DNA of 64,000 bases from Octopus sinensis (GCF_006345805.1 NC_042999.1:7192001-7256000); one strand, 5' to 3'; positions 12,911 to 26,074 are shown, counted from the stretch's first letter. The notes: generated by a model not told the origin, from the sequence alone. Program-made: numbers and translations.

Positions 12911-13854
12911 CCATTGTACGGAGAATATACAAGCAAATTAAGTAGGCGAAGCTGGTCGGGGGCATGTCTATGGATCAGAGTGTAGGAGTTGATTAGAAAC
13001 AAAGGGAAGAATTGCATAAAGGAAAAGATTAGATGCGGTGTGCAATAGCAATGTGGTAAAGTCAGACATACAATTGTTTCGAAAGCTTCCCTGCAAGGGT
13101 TTACACAATAACATCCTGTTTTGAAGAGTTTTGGGATTTTTTGGATAAATTTCATTTCGTTAGGGTAGGAATAAATTAATTCCAACTTGATTCTGTAGAA
13201 TTAAGATGATACAAGAACGACAGTCTAATCTTAATCAGTAAAGAACATGCTCACCAATTAAACGGATTCAAAATTGTTCTAATTAAAACCAGTGAAAGAA
13301 ATAAACAGAAAGTGACAAAAGGAGGTGTGATTGGGGGCCATTGACCAATTAAGCAAAACGAACTGAAATATTCAGAAATAAATACGAATACCGTTACATG
13401 CGATGAATAAGACACCATCAGTTATGTAGACATCATGAGTACTTGAGCAGAGAACAGGGGCATATTTCCAAATATATGTGTATGTGCATTGTTACAGAAC
13501 ATTATGATTGTTAAGTATTAAAACAACGAATTGGTATCAGATGATAGGAACAGACATGGCTTGTGTAATACAAGAGTCTATCAATATGACCAGTTACGAC
13601 TTCTTATCGTACTTGAATCGATCGATTTGATATTTGCCCAAATAAAATTGTATAACAATTATGAGATTGATACAGACCGTTTCATATTGTCTAACGAATT
13701 ATTGACCATATATTGTATCTCATAAATTTCTGCTGTCTTGAGGTGAAGGAAATAATTTTCAGTTTATAACACACACACACATACATAACACACACACACG
13801 CGCTTGCTTGCGCAAACACACAAACACACACACACTTTCTTGTATACAGATGAG

Positions 13855-13891
<37 letters not shown>

Positions 13892-13971
13892 GGGCATATA
13901 TATTCATATAAATGTGTGTATGTATGAATATATGTATATATATATATATTATATATATATATATATATAAT

Positions 13972-14017
<46 letters not shown>

Positions 14018-14177
14018 AGTTTGTATGATTGTGCAGAGAAGACTATACTAATCAATGAAATTCGAAGTTAGTCTGATTTTTCACCGTTTATTATTTGCAA
14101 ATTTTACAATTTTATAATTTTACGCAATCATCAGATTTATGTAGTGACAATCATGTTCCATAATTGACAACTGTGTA

Positions 14178-14255
<78 letters not shown>

Positions 14256-14289
14256 CATATGGTATGATTATAAACAGCGAATTTTAGCC

Positions 14290-14620
14290 ATTTCTCCACA
14301 GACTGAAAAAGAAAATGATGAACAGCCTCAATCGATTTTCAAGCTTTATTGGGTTCTCTTCAGAGGCGACCTCATCATTCTGACACTCTCCAGAGGAACA
14401 AGCAGTCAAACTGTTTATATACTCAACAAATGCAGCAGTTACTTTGTGAAGGAGTCCCTAATTTCCATACCGAAAGTGTTTAATACTCTATAAATACCAG
14501 CGGCCTGTCTATAATGGGGTCTTAGTTCACAGAGTATCAAGGTGTGGTATAATAAATATGTCACATATAGTATAATTATAAACAGGAGCATGACCTTTCT
14601 TCGAGAGATTCCATTCCAGG
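14290..14620 (-). mobile_element. Decayed Penelope-like element 3' end with relic hammerhead
   Basis: ORF 14439..14624 ends LILCELR..VLNTFGMEI, loosely like PLE C-termini; followed on the same strand by GCCT-CTGAAGA..GAAA-ATCGATT-G-AGGC (14325-14367). Confidence 0.45.
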
Positions 14621-14624
14621 ACAC

Positions 14625-14932
14625 TTATTCTTTATAAGCCTAGCACTTATTCTATCGGCCCTTTTGCCGAACCGTTAAGTTACGGGGACATAACACCAAC
14701 ATCAATTATGTCCGATTGTTGGGTTTCAAACACAGACACAAGGACATGCACACATAAATATATCTATACATATATATATATACACACGATGTGCTTCCTT
14801 CAGTTTCCGTCTACCAAATCCACTCACAAGGCTTTGGTCGGTCTTCTATAGTAGAAGACACTTGCCCACTGTGCCACGCAGTGGGACTGAACCCGGAACC
14901 GTGTTTGGGAAGCAAGCTTCTTACCAAACAGT
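14625..14932 (-). mobile_element. SINE family A, diverged and 3'-truncated
   Basis: Reverse complement of the A head and body. Confidence 0.75.
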
Positions 14933-15014
14933 TCTTTACCATACATACATGCATACACACACATGCGCGCGCAACACACACACATGCATGTACACACAGA
15001 CGTAAATGCTTTAG

Positions 15015-15224
15015 TTTACTCTCTTTTACTTGTTTCAGTCATTTGACTGCGGCCATGCTGGAGCACCGCCTTTAGTCGAGCAAATCGACCCCAGGACTTA
15101 TTCTTTGTAAGCCCAGTACTTATTATATCGGTCTCTTTTGCCGAACCGCTAAGTGACGGGGACGGGGACGTAAACACACCATTATCGGTTGTCAAGCAAT
15201 GCTAGGGTGACAAACACAGACACA

Positions 15225-15272
<48 letters not shown>

Positions 15273-15438
15273 CATATATACGACAGGCTTCTTTCAGTTT
15301 CCGTCTACCAAATCCACTCACAAGGCATTGGTCGGCCCGGGGCTATAGCAGAAGACACTTGCCGAAGATGCCACGCAGTGGGACTGAACCCGGAACCATG
15401 TGGTTGGTTAGCAAGCTACTTACCACACAGCCACTCCT
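15015..15438 (-). mobile_element. SINE family A
   Basis: Full reverse-complement match to the A copies. Confidence 0.9.
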
Positions 15439-16069
15439 CCTAGTTTGCTACTAGTTAGAACTTAAAACGTGAAAACCAAAGTGTAATTCAAAAAATAAAA
15501 AAAGGTTTACACGTTTGCACATTATATTTCAATAACACAACTTAAAGAACTCTATGGAAGAAAATATAAAAGAAGTACAAATTTAGCTGTGTTCTTCAAA
15601 GATTTCTAGGAACACGGTATGCGTGACACGATGCGATGTGTAACAATATAAATTGTCTAATTAACGGCGCGTAACTTTTGTCAGTTGATGACAGGTGAAT
15701 AAAACTTGTTAATAACGATAGCCACGCTAATGCTCAAATTGCCAATATTTCGTGTTTTGACTTTGGTGCTGTCCGTAATATCCTGATTATGACATATCTG
15801 AGAGAAATATATCTTTCTTTGAATTTCTTCTGTAATGCTAATGTTTAGTAAAACTCCTTATACTTGTTACATATTATGTCATACTAGACATAGCCCTGTA
15901 ACCATATATTCTCATTGTAGATTGGGCAGGGTCCAGTTTGTTGGTCGAGCCTTCGGTAAGGTGTATTCCTAGATAGGTATTATCTCACTGAAAGCCTCGT
16001 GCATATCAATTTTATATTCAGCTCCTTCCTATGATTAAGCTGGAGGATTGCAGTTATGGTGTTACGATA

Positions 16070-16278
16070 TACTCTTTTACTCTTTTATTTGTTTCAATCA
16101 TTTGACTGCGGCCATGCTGGAGCACCGCCTTAGTCGAGCAAATCGACACCGGGACTAAATCTTTGTAAGCCCAGTACTTATTCTATCGGTCTCTATTGCC
16201 GAACCGCTAAGTGACGGGGACGTAAACACACCAGCATCGGTTGTCAAGCAATGCGAGGGGGGCCAAACACACACACAT

Positions 16279-16314
<36 letters not shown>

Positions 16315-16486
16315 TCATATATACGACAGGCTTCTTTCAGTTTCCGTCTACCAAATCCACTCACAAGGCATTGGTCGGCCCGGGGCTATAGCAGAAGACA
16401 CTTGCCCAAGATGCCACGCAGTGGGACTGAACCCAGAACCATGTGGTAGGTTAGCAAGCTACTTACCACACAGCCACTCCTGCGCC
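16070..16486 (-). mobile_element. SINE family A
   Basis: Full reverse-complement match to the A copies. Confidence 0.9.
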
Positions 16487-16609
16487 TATGTAAAGAAAAG
16501 CATTCTTAAATTAAAAGTTATTAGTTATATGAAATTCTTAAAGAAAAACACAATGACATTTTTGTCCGTCCATTGATTCACAGCAGGCAGATCAAAAAGG
16601 GGTTTTATT

Positions 16610-16890
16610 CAAACTTCTCCTCCATTGACAAATTTTTGAAACTTGATGTTATCAGCGCATATTATTGCTTTGTAGTGATTGATAAGACTTGAGATATCGG
16701 TTATATAATCTATAAAGAAGGGCAAGTGCTCATAGTAGTCGCTTGGTGCTGACTTTTGCTGGGTTTCAGTGGATTTAAACAATCACAACGTTGGTTCTGT
16801 TCACTGCAAAATACTTAATCCAGTTCAGCAGATTACTACGGATTCCAATAATGGACAATTCTGTCGAAAGCTTTGCTGAAAACATTATAT
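16610..16890 (-). pseudogene. Highly decayed CR1/L2-type reverse transcriptase fragment
   Basis: Manual translation: FSKAFDR..IIGIRSNLLNWIKYFAVNRTNVV..YITDISSLINHYKAIICADNIK, matching the DFxKAFD..LLxWI..YINDL..YADDTK order. Confidence 0.55.
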
Positions 16891-18289
16891 ATAAGTACAG
16901 TGTTCGAGCCCGTTCCCAAAACACCCCCCCCACACACACACACTCATACACACACACACACACACACGTGTAAATGTATATGCTTTAGGTAAAGCTTCAA
17001 AGCGTGCTCTAATATGTTCCAGTCACCTTCTGCTCTGGAGTTTTCGTGGCCAGTAGCCGCTTCATCAGATGACTGTGTGAGTATACATATATATATATAT
17101 ATATATATATAGTACATGAGGGAGAGAGGAAACAAAGCGCAGAAAACTATTCCTTTCTCCCGTCATGTCGGTGTCTTATCATAAAGATAGAAACTGCTGA
17201 CAGATTTGCCAACGACATCGACCACCATTTTGTCTTTCTACTAAAACATTTCAATGACAACACATCTCGCTCTCTTGAAATTTCAACACACATTTCAATG
17301 GAGGAGGGGCGGGGGCTTCATTTATACAAGGCTCCTCACAGAATCTGGCTATTTTAGGGCTATAATTCAGTCCTACCAACTAGTGCTAAATACTTATACG
17401 CACAGACTACAGATCTTTGATAAAAATACAGAAATTTATTGGAAGAGAAGTTCAAACAAAAAAAAAATAATAATAATTTCCAAAAGAGCAAATAGATAAA
17501 GAGGCTTTCCATAACTCTCTGCCAGACATAGGATTGGCAATAAAGCCCCGCTGCCCAAAGTTTATTCTTCCAGCCCTAACATCTGATCTCTCTAAAGATG
17601 CCGAACTCTGATGACAGATCCTCGGTTTCTTTCCGCCTTCTGATTGTAGAACGAGACTGAACTAACCCTGGCTCACTCAGACACTTCCATAACACTTCTG
17701 TTCTTTTTAACAGGACTACCAACATCGTAGGCGTGTATGTAGGTGTTTATGTGGTATAATACTGTGTGTAAAAATAGGTGGGAGTCTTAATTGGAAGACG
17801 CTGGACGGAAACTAATGATCGACTTTCAAGAACAGATTCACCCAAATAATTCTTCAGTTCCAATGAACAGGTAAATAAAATGCTGTAGATTTATTATAAT
17901 CAGGATATTACCGACATCATCAAATCAAAGAAGGAAATATTGGACATTTGAGGATGAAGGGGATTATGCTTATTAATGAATTTAATCCGTCTGTCAACAA
18001 CTGACGGGATTTAGTGAACGTTAATTGGATAAGATAACATTACCAATCTGATTACGTTACACGTTTTACCTTCCAAAATATCTCTGCACCGCGGGAGGAA
18101 ACATAACCTGAATATTTTCGTTTTGGTTTTGTTTCGAAATGGAAATATTGAGGAATGCAAATGTGAAAACCGTTGTTTATATTTATGTTTTCATTTTGTT
18201 TATTTCCATCTCGTGGCACTCACACACATACACTTACACACATGCGCTCACACGCTAATGCACTCACTCACACAAACAAACACATGCCA

Positions 18290-18539
18290 AAGATTTAAAA
18301 CCGTAACAAATATTGGCCTCAAATTTGCCAACAAGTTCGGGGCGTGGTGGGGACGGAGGTGGGGTTGGGAGCCAGTCGATTACATCGATCCCAGTATTCA
18401 GCTCATACTTATTTTACCGATTCCGAAAAGATGAAAGAGAAAGTCGATCTGGACGGAATTTCAATGCAGAACGTAAAAACCAACGAAATGACGACAAGTA
18501 TTTTGCCCGGCGCGCTGACGACTTTGTCACCTCGCCGCC
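18290..18539 (-). mobile_element. SINE family B, diverged monomer with standard tail
   Basis: Reverse complement of head GGCGGCGAG.. and body, ending AAATTTGAGGCC. Confidence 0.75.
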
Positions 18540-19384
18540 TTACCCCTAACAAGTATTCCCGATTTTCTACTCTGTTAATCTTATTTATTGTATCCCATTT
18601 AATTTCATCTCCCACCTTCACTAATATTGCCAGCAACTTGCCTTTGAACTATGGACCATTCTCCTAAATCACCAGACCCGTCGTTGAGATTTTCTTCTCT
18701 TCATTTACTCATATCATTTTATTTCATTTATTCATTTACCTATTTCTTCTCTTAAATGTCACTCGTTCCAAAGTTCATTCGTCTACTCATCGGCAGTTTT
18801 TTTCTATTGAATTTTCCCATAGAATTCTTTGACTATTCTAACGCTCACCCAGGCTCTTTCATTCATCCTTAGCAAAACATATCCTTTCCATTTCTTTCTA
18901 TTTCTTTACTTTTCTTCTTTTCTTTTTTTTTCTCTTCTGTCTCTTCTTTTCTTCTTTATTTTCTTACCTTTCTGTTTCCTTTTTCATCTTTTGTCACTCT
19001 CCTTTATCATACTTTCCCTCCAATACTTCGAGAAGAATCGTATGCATATATTCGGAAAATATGCTATAAATCTACAGACAACTGTTAAACAAAATTATGG
19101 ATGCGAAAAATCTCCATTCTCCTTAGCATTATTAATATATATATATAACTTATAAATAAGGGCAAAAGAAAAAAATTCTTACGCCAAATATGCCGAGAAA
19201 TAGACATTAAATCGTTATATAACCTCATATATGTGGTTATATGATGATTTAAAGTCTATTTCTCTGCATATTTGCCATAAGAAGTTTTTTCGTTTACCCT
19301 TATTTATAAGTTGTTTATAATTTTCATCGTAAAAGGTATTTTTAAATATGCTGGCCACTGATAATTAAAAAAAATATTTTATGA

Positions 19385-19427
<43 letters not shown>

Positions 19428-19434
19428 CATGATA

Positions 19435-19610
19435 TATCGTTAGCCACTACACACATTTTTTTCTCTCCTTGTTTTTTCTGTGTCCCTTTCTGTAGAAGAG
19501 CGTAGGCTCGAAACGTAAAAGACTTTTTCTATTCCTGAGAGTTATACTAATACATCTGTTTGCTTTGTACACCACCTGTCTTCGTCTTTTGTTTTTTCGT
19601 AAACTTTCCC
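19435..19610 (+). mobile_element. Solo Penelope terminal (pLTR) mini-element within (TA)n
   Basis: Same sequence as 44721-44918 and as the 3' terminus of the PLE at 41390-41560. Confidence 0.8.
19486..19521 (+). ncRNA. Minimal type I hammerhead-like motif, A6U core variant
   Basis: CTTT-CTGTAGA-A-GAGC(GTAG)GCTC-GAAA-C-GTA/AAAG; 4-bp stem I, 4-bp stem II, predicted cleavage after 19517. Confidence 0.6.
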
Positions 19611-19688
19611 TATATATATATATATATATATACCACCAAACGGTATATACAGGTGCTTACAATTATCAAGTACTCACCCTGAATATAT

Positions 19689-19735
<47 letters not shown>

Positions 19736-19774
19736 ATATATATATATATATATACATGTATATGTATATATACC

Positions 19775-20075
19775 CCCAGGGACTCAGCCGTCGTTAGACG
19801 ACGGATCAGGGTTTGGTATTTTTTTTGCCGAACAGCCACACAGATGATTTGTGTATATTGATCAAATGTTTCTGTTCATATTAGCTCACTCTCTCCGTCA
19901 AATCTATATTACCTGTAGAGGTGCACCGTATGCCTCATGTCAAATGACAAAATGATCGCAGAGCAACGTGCAATGAAGTGCTTTGCTGAAGAACAGAATG
20001 GAACACCTACTCTAGGAATCGAAATCAAGATCTCGCCATTCAGAGTGCAACACCCTAACCACTAATCCACGCGCC
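19775..20075 (-). mobile_element. tRNA-derived SINE (head D, tail 3)
   Basis: Head AGGCGCGTGGATTAGTGGTTAGG..TTTCGATTCC; tail hairpin CCGTCGT-CTA-ACGACGG. Confidence 0.7.
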
Positions 20076-20081
20076 TATATA

Positions 20082-21354
20082 CAGGAGTTGACCAAAATAA
20101 TAGAAACAACTTAAAATTTCAAACAAATTTATTTTAATATGGCGTAGGACCGACTTTGGCAGTAATTACACCTTGAATTCTGCGAAGTATGGACTCATAC
20201 AATGCTTAAATTGTTTCCAAAGTAATTCTTGCCCATTTTCAGCTAAAACAGTCTCCGGTTCTTGTAGTGATGATGGTGGAAGATATTGACTCCTTACTTG
20301 TTTTTCTAGAATACATCATAAATATACAATAATATTGTGATCTAGTGACTGGTGGCTAGATAAGATCTTCAAGTTCGCTAGAATGTTCCTCGTGCCATTC
20401 AGTAACAACATTAGCTGGGTAAATTGATGTATTATCATCCTGAAAGATTGTGTTTCCATCTGGAAACAATTCCGCAGCAATAGGACGAATTTGATCAGAT
20501 AAAATGCTTAAATAGTCTTGACTTTTAATTCTGCCATGAAGGGAAAACTTTGAGCCAGTGGATATCCAAGATATAGCCCCCCCCCCCCAGATCATCACAG
20601 ATCCCCCTCCATGTTTAATAGTTGGAAGACGGCAGTCTGGGCCAAATGCTTCGTTTGACTGTCTCCAGAGGTATACTTGGCCGGTGGTTGAAAATAAGGT
20701 AAAGGATGACTCATCCGAAAATATGACATTTTTCCACTGCTCTAGGGACCAATTCTGTGGGTTTTTACTCCACTCTAAACGCTTTGCAACGTTTGTTTTT
20801 CAAAGTAATGGTTTTCTGATTGCAGCCCTCCCGTGAAATCCGGCTATGTGCAGCTCCCGGCGAACAGTGTTTGTAGAAACTGGGTTCTCGATGTGGTCAT
20901 TAAGCTCTGCAGTAATTTTGAGAGCTGTACTTTTGTGATCCTTTCTAACAATTCGCCTAAGATTCCGACGGTCCCTATCTGAAGGTTTTGGTTTTCTTCC
21001 GGAGTTTTGTTTCGACGAGGAGCTTTTTCTCTTTCTGAAAGGCTGTCATTATTTCGAGACAGTGCTTTTTGATACACCAAACATTTCGACTGTTTTCGTT
21101 ATGCTAGCGCCTACCATACGAACACCAACAATTTGACCTCTTTGAAAATCAGATAGATTTGTTATTTTAAGGAATTTTAATTATATTTTTCTGATGATAT
21201 CTGAAAAGAAGCAGCAATTTTAGCAAAACATTAAGCAACACAAATAATAAATAAAAAAAAACATAAAAATAAACAAGCTTTTAATAGTTGTATACATATT
21301 TCAAAATTATGATGCTATAATTCTAGTTGTTTCCATTATTTTGTACAACCCCTG
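20082..21354 (-). mobile_element. Tc1-family DNA transposon with a degraded DDE transposase
   Basis: 30-bp TIRs CAGG(A/G)GTTG(AC/TA)CAAAATAAT(A/G)GAAACAACT at 20082-20111 and 21325-21354; minus strand encodes WSLEQWKNVIFSDESSF, HGGG..VMIWG and IFQDDN, with frameshifts and stops. Confidence 0.9.
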
Positions 21355-21428
21355 GATATATATATGTATATATATATAATTATGTAGGTCCCGGGTGAAA
21401 AGGAACACCACAGTAAATAGGTACTCAA

Positions 21429-21607
21429 TACATAAAAAAGTAAATTAAATTATTATATAGGGAGCTTCTAAACAGGACTAGAACTGTTTCATTCAAGATA
21501 AATCTTCTTAAGGAAGCAACAGAGCTTCCTGAAGATTTCTTGATGAAACAGTTCTAGTCCTGTGAAGCTTCCTTCTATATAATACATTTTTTCTTTTTTT
21601 TTATGTA
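21429..21607. repeat. Imperfect inverted repeat (foldback), arms of about 85-90 bp around a 6-nt loop
   Basis: Core ACAGGACTAGAACTGTTTCAT..AGGAAGC-aacaga-GCTTCCT..ATGAAACAGTTCTAGTCCTGT, extending to TACATAAAAAA / TTTTTTATGTA. Confidence 0.85.
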
Positions 21608-22037
21608 TATATATTATATTATATTATATTCGATAGTATTGAATATATATATATATATAATATATATGATTATATATATCTTATATAATGGGATATATAT
21701 AATATTCTATATATTATATATATAGATCATGCACCCCACGCACCCACCACATGTATATATATATTTTATATATGCATATACACCTATCCACACCCACACA
21801 CGTATACATACATATATATATCAGGCTTAGTAAAAAGTAAGCAACGCGAAATTTATTACAATATATTTCAACAATGCAGAAATTTTATTCATCAAAGTAA
21901 GTTCTTTCATTAACTATTTACCGCACGCTCACACGGACTGCCTCTGGTGAACCGCATTCGCGGTATTCTTTATACCTTCGGATTACATTACCTTATTCCT
22001 TCGGAGTACACCATTTCTGGCAACTTATTGTAATCAT

Positions 22038-22118
<81 letters not shown>

Positions 22119-22176
22119 TGTGTATATATATATATGTGTATATATATATATATTATATATATATATATATACCCTT

Positions 22177-22615
22177 TCTCTTTACTCTTTTACTTGTTTC
22201 ATCATTTGACTGCGCCATGCTGAGCACCGCCTTTAGTCGAGCAAACGACCCCGCGACTTATCTTTGTAAGCCTAGTACTTATTCTATTTTGGTCTCTTTT
22301 GCCGAACCGCAAATGACGGTGGACGTAAACACACCCAGCATCGTTTGTCCAACATGCTAGGAGGACAAACACAAGACACACAAACACACACACACACATA
22401 ATAAACAATATATAATATATATATATATATATCTAATATATATATATAGGCTTCTTTCATTTTCCGTCTACCAATCCATTCCAATCACAATTCACAAGGC
22501 ATTCGACGGCCCAGGGCTATAGCAGAAGACACTTGCCCAAGATGCCCGCCGTGGGACTGAACCCGGAACCATTGGGTCGGTTACAAGCTACTTACCACAC
22601 AGCCACTCCTGCGCC
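22177..22615 (-). mobile_element. SINE family A with many 1-nt indels
   Basis: Reverse-complement match with homopolymer-type indels. Confidence 0.85.
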
Positions 22616-22628
22616 TATATAATATATA

Positions 22629-22674
<46 letters not shown>

Positions 22675-22698
22675 ATCTATATATATATATATATATAC

Positions 22699-22752
<54 letters not shown>

Positions 22753-22797
22753 CTATATATATATCTATATATATGTAATATATATATCTATATATAG

Positions 22798-22829
<32 letters not shown>

Positions 22830-22844
22830 AATCCTATATACTAT

Positions 22845-22883
<39 letters not shown>

Positions 22884-22884
<1 letters not shown>

Positions 22885-25510
22885 TTGATTTTGATTTTTT
22901 GATGATTTTTGATTTTTCCAGTTTCAGCTTATGAGCTGTGGCCATGCTGGGGCACCGCCATTTGGTGTTGCTACTTGGTTACTCATGAAGGCTTTCTAGC
23001 AGCTGCTATTTGGTGCATGAGAGAGTTCGATGCAGCTGCCCTCATCTGCCCCTCCTGCCGTGAAGTTGGTTCATCTGGGACACCTGACAGGAAGAGATCC
23101 AGCTTCATTTTAAAGACATCTGTATCCACCCCATGCAGGTCTCTCAGGTTCTTCGGGAGGATATTGAAGAGCTGTGGGCCTCGGAAGCCCAGGCTATCAC
23201 AGAATCTTGTCCTACATCTTGATGGCAAGTTTGAAGTCCTAGGCACCACGCAGTGGCGCCCAGTTCTGACATTTGCGTAACTCTCGATGCCAAGTTCAGG
23301 ACACTTCCCTCCAGGATCTTCCAGATGTATATTATGGCATATCTTTCCCGCCTACGCTCCAGGAATATAATTTTAATTTCCTGAGTCTTTCCCAGTAGCT
23401 TACATTCTGCATAGAGGCTATCTTCTTCGTGTAGCTACGTTGGATCGCCTCGAGCTCTGTGATCAACTTGACACTGGATGGTGACCATAACTGAGAGCAG
23501 TAGTCAAAGTGGCTTAGGACAAGTGTCCTCCAGAGGACCATCATGGTTTCTTGTTCTCTTGTTCTAAAGGTTCTGAGGATCCATCCGGCCAGTCGTCTAC
23601 ATTTCATTGCCAATTTAGCAACATGTACACGAAAGGTCGCGTCATCACTCATGTAAATACCTAGGTCACGCACTGATTGTGCCTCTGGGATTGCTATTCC
23701 TCCGGGTCCAGTGTATTCATTGGGTATTGCATTTAGTTTTGCATGCTGATAGTATAGAGCTTGAAACTTTTCAGCATTGAACTGCATGCTATTCTTTTCG
23801 GCCCACTTGTATATTTTGTCTAGCTCACATTGCAGGTGTTTAGTGTCCTCAGGGTTCTGTATTGCCTGTGAAACTTTTGTATCCTCTGCATAACTTGTGA
23901 TCGTGGCTCTCTGCGTGGATGAGGGCATGTCTGAGAGGGCCATTATGAACAGTAGTGGTCCCAGAACAGTGCCCTGCGGAACACCGCTCACTATTTGCGT
24001 GTTAATGGAAGTGGCCCCATTGGCCACTACCACCTGACTTCTATCTTTCAGAAAGTCCTGAAGCCATTCTCCCAGTTTTCCAACTATGTTGAGATCACGC
24101 AGTTTGTGACATATCATTCCATGATCGACTTTATCAAAGGCCTTTGCAAAGTCGAGATATATCACTTCCACATTTGAGTGGTTGAGCAGCCGTTTCAAGC
24201 ACCCAGTCATAGTGTTGTAGGAGCTGAGTTAAACAGCTTCTCCCTGGTCGGAAACCATGTTGGGTGTCGGGCAGCAAGTCATTTTCTTCAAGGAAGGTGA
24301 TCAGCTTCCTTCTGACTATTCGTTCCATGACCTTGCTGATGTGTGAGGTCAGAGAGATAGGTCTATAGTTCTTGGCTTCCGCTCTGCTACCTCCTTTATG
24401 AATGGGGCATATTTTACCTTCCTTCAGTTTTCTTGGAAGTTTGCCAGCTGCAAGGAAGCTCTGAAAGAGGAACTGCAGTGGTCTTGCTAGGACTCTCTTA
24501 CATGCTTTTAGGAGGATTGCCGGGAATCCATCGGGGCCAGTAGCTGAGTCTGTTTTCATTTCATCTATAGCCTTGATTACATCGTCTTCCTTTATATCGA
24601 TGTAATCTATCGTCGCCGCCTCTGATTTTATATCTGCAGTGGTAAAAAAGTCAGTTGGATTGGTGATTTGGAGATGCCCAAGGGTGGAGGAAAACACTCT
24701 TGAATTGCTCATTCAGTATTTCACTTACCCTCATTGGTTTTCCTGTAAGTGTGCCATCCTTTTCGAGGAGTGGCCCTATTCTACAGTGCACCGTAGCTGT
24801 TTCTTTGGCATACCTGTAGAAAGCTCTGGGTTAGATTTTATGTTGTCTATAGCCCAGGCTTCTTTGTCTGCTCTTTCCTTTTCATGGGAGAGTTTCAGAC
24901 ATTTTTCGATTTCCAACAGTTTTATTTTTAGGCGGGACTTTTCACTGCTTTCAATCTGTTTGTTTAGGCGATTTGAAAATTTTGTACGCCGGGATTTGTT
25001 CTTGTGTACAGTGGCCTTTCTCTCTGGGACATATTTGTAGCATATGGCTTGCATTACAGACATGAATTGTTGAAGTTTCACGTCGATGTCCGGCGAGGAG
25101 AGACATTTAGGCCAGTTTTGTTTGAGGATCTCTTTCTCAATTTGTTTCCAGTTTGCCTTATGGTAGTTCAAGCTAGAAAGATTCTGGGGGTTTCTTGTAG
25201 GCTGCATGTCCGTGCTCTCTTTTGGCCCGTACATGGTCAGCTCTATCATGTTGTGATCCGAGAGTAGTGTCGGTGTCACTTTCACATTATGGATGAGATC
25301 CATGTCATTTGTGAAGCAGAGATCCAGTGTGTTACCTGCCCTGGTTGGTTGGAGTATTACCTGCTCCATGTACAGGGTGTTGAAGGTTCAGGAGGGACCT
25401 CGCCTGTCCTCGTTCACATCTTGTCATTCCTGGGAGAGAAAGGCCCTCGGGCCATCTGACATTTGGCAGATTGAAGTCTCCCATAAGAAGTACACTTATG
25501 TGTTGTTCTA
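22884..25510 (-). mobile_element. 5'-truncated CR1/L2-group LINE (partial APE, RT, 3' UTR, (AAAATC)n tail)
   Basis: LMGDFNLP (about 25470, manual) and QPTRAGNTLDL (APE); NYRPISLTSHISKVMERIV, QHGFRPGRSC, YLDFAKAFDKVDH, SGVPQGTVLGPLLF, YAEDTK (RT); ORF split into 24776..25369, 24134..24712, 23332..24210 and 22983..23249. Confidence 0.95.
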
Positions 25511-25588
25511 ATGTGGTTAGAGCTTCTATATATATACAGATATATATATATATCTGTATATATATATATTATATATATTATGTATATA

Positions 25589-25671
<83 letters not shown>

Positions 25672-25728
25672 GCATTTCTATTTATCTATATACTACATTT
25701 ATATCTTCCTTCCTTTCTCCTTTCTCTC

Positions 25729-25768
<40 letters not shown>

Positions 25769-25789
25769 CATACATATGTATATTACTAT

Positions 25790-26074
25790 ATCGACCTGAC
25801 TAGCGGATGTTGTTTATATCGCTGGTCACAAGGCATTTCCTCGCATTGTTTTAACTTTCCAATGATGCCCTCCGCGGTCTGGGTTGTCAGGCGAGGAGTC
25901 CCACCCCTGAACGGAACGGCAGTCCGTCGTCGGTTTACCCATTTACAACTGAGTGTAGAGAAACAACGTGGAATGAAGTATCTAGCCGAAAAGCACAGCG
26001 CGCCGCCGGTCTGGGAATCGAAACCACAATCTTGCGATCGGGAGTCCAACACCTCAGCCACTAGACTACGCGCC
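25790..26074 (-). mobile_element. CORE-type SINE (head D, tail 2)
   Basis: tRNA head, CORE-like GATACTTCATTCCACGTTG..CACTCAGTTGTAAATGGGTA, tail AAAACAATGCGAGG..TTGTGACCAGCGAT shared with 27029-27327. Confidence 0.75.

Noticed and set aside
12898-13185. ORF with KTGCYCVNPCR resembling the PLE Cys motif
   Set aside because: No GIY-YIG motif follows; similarity too weak.
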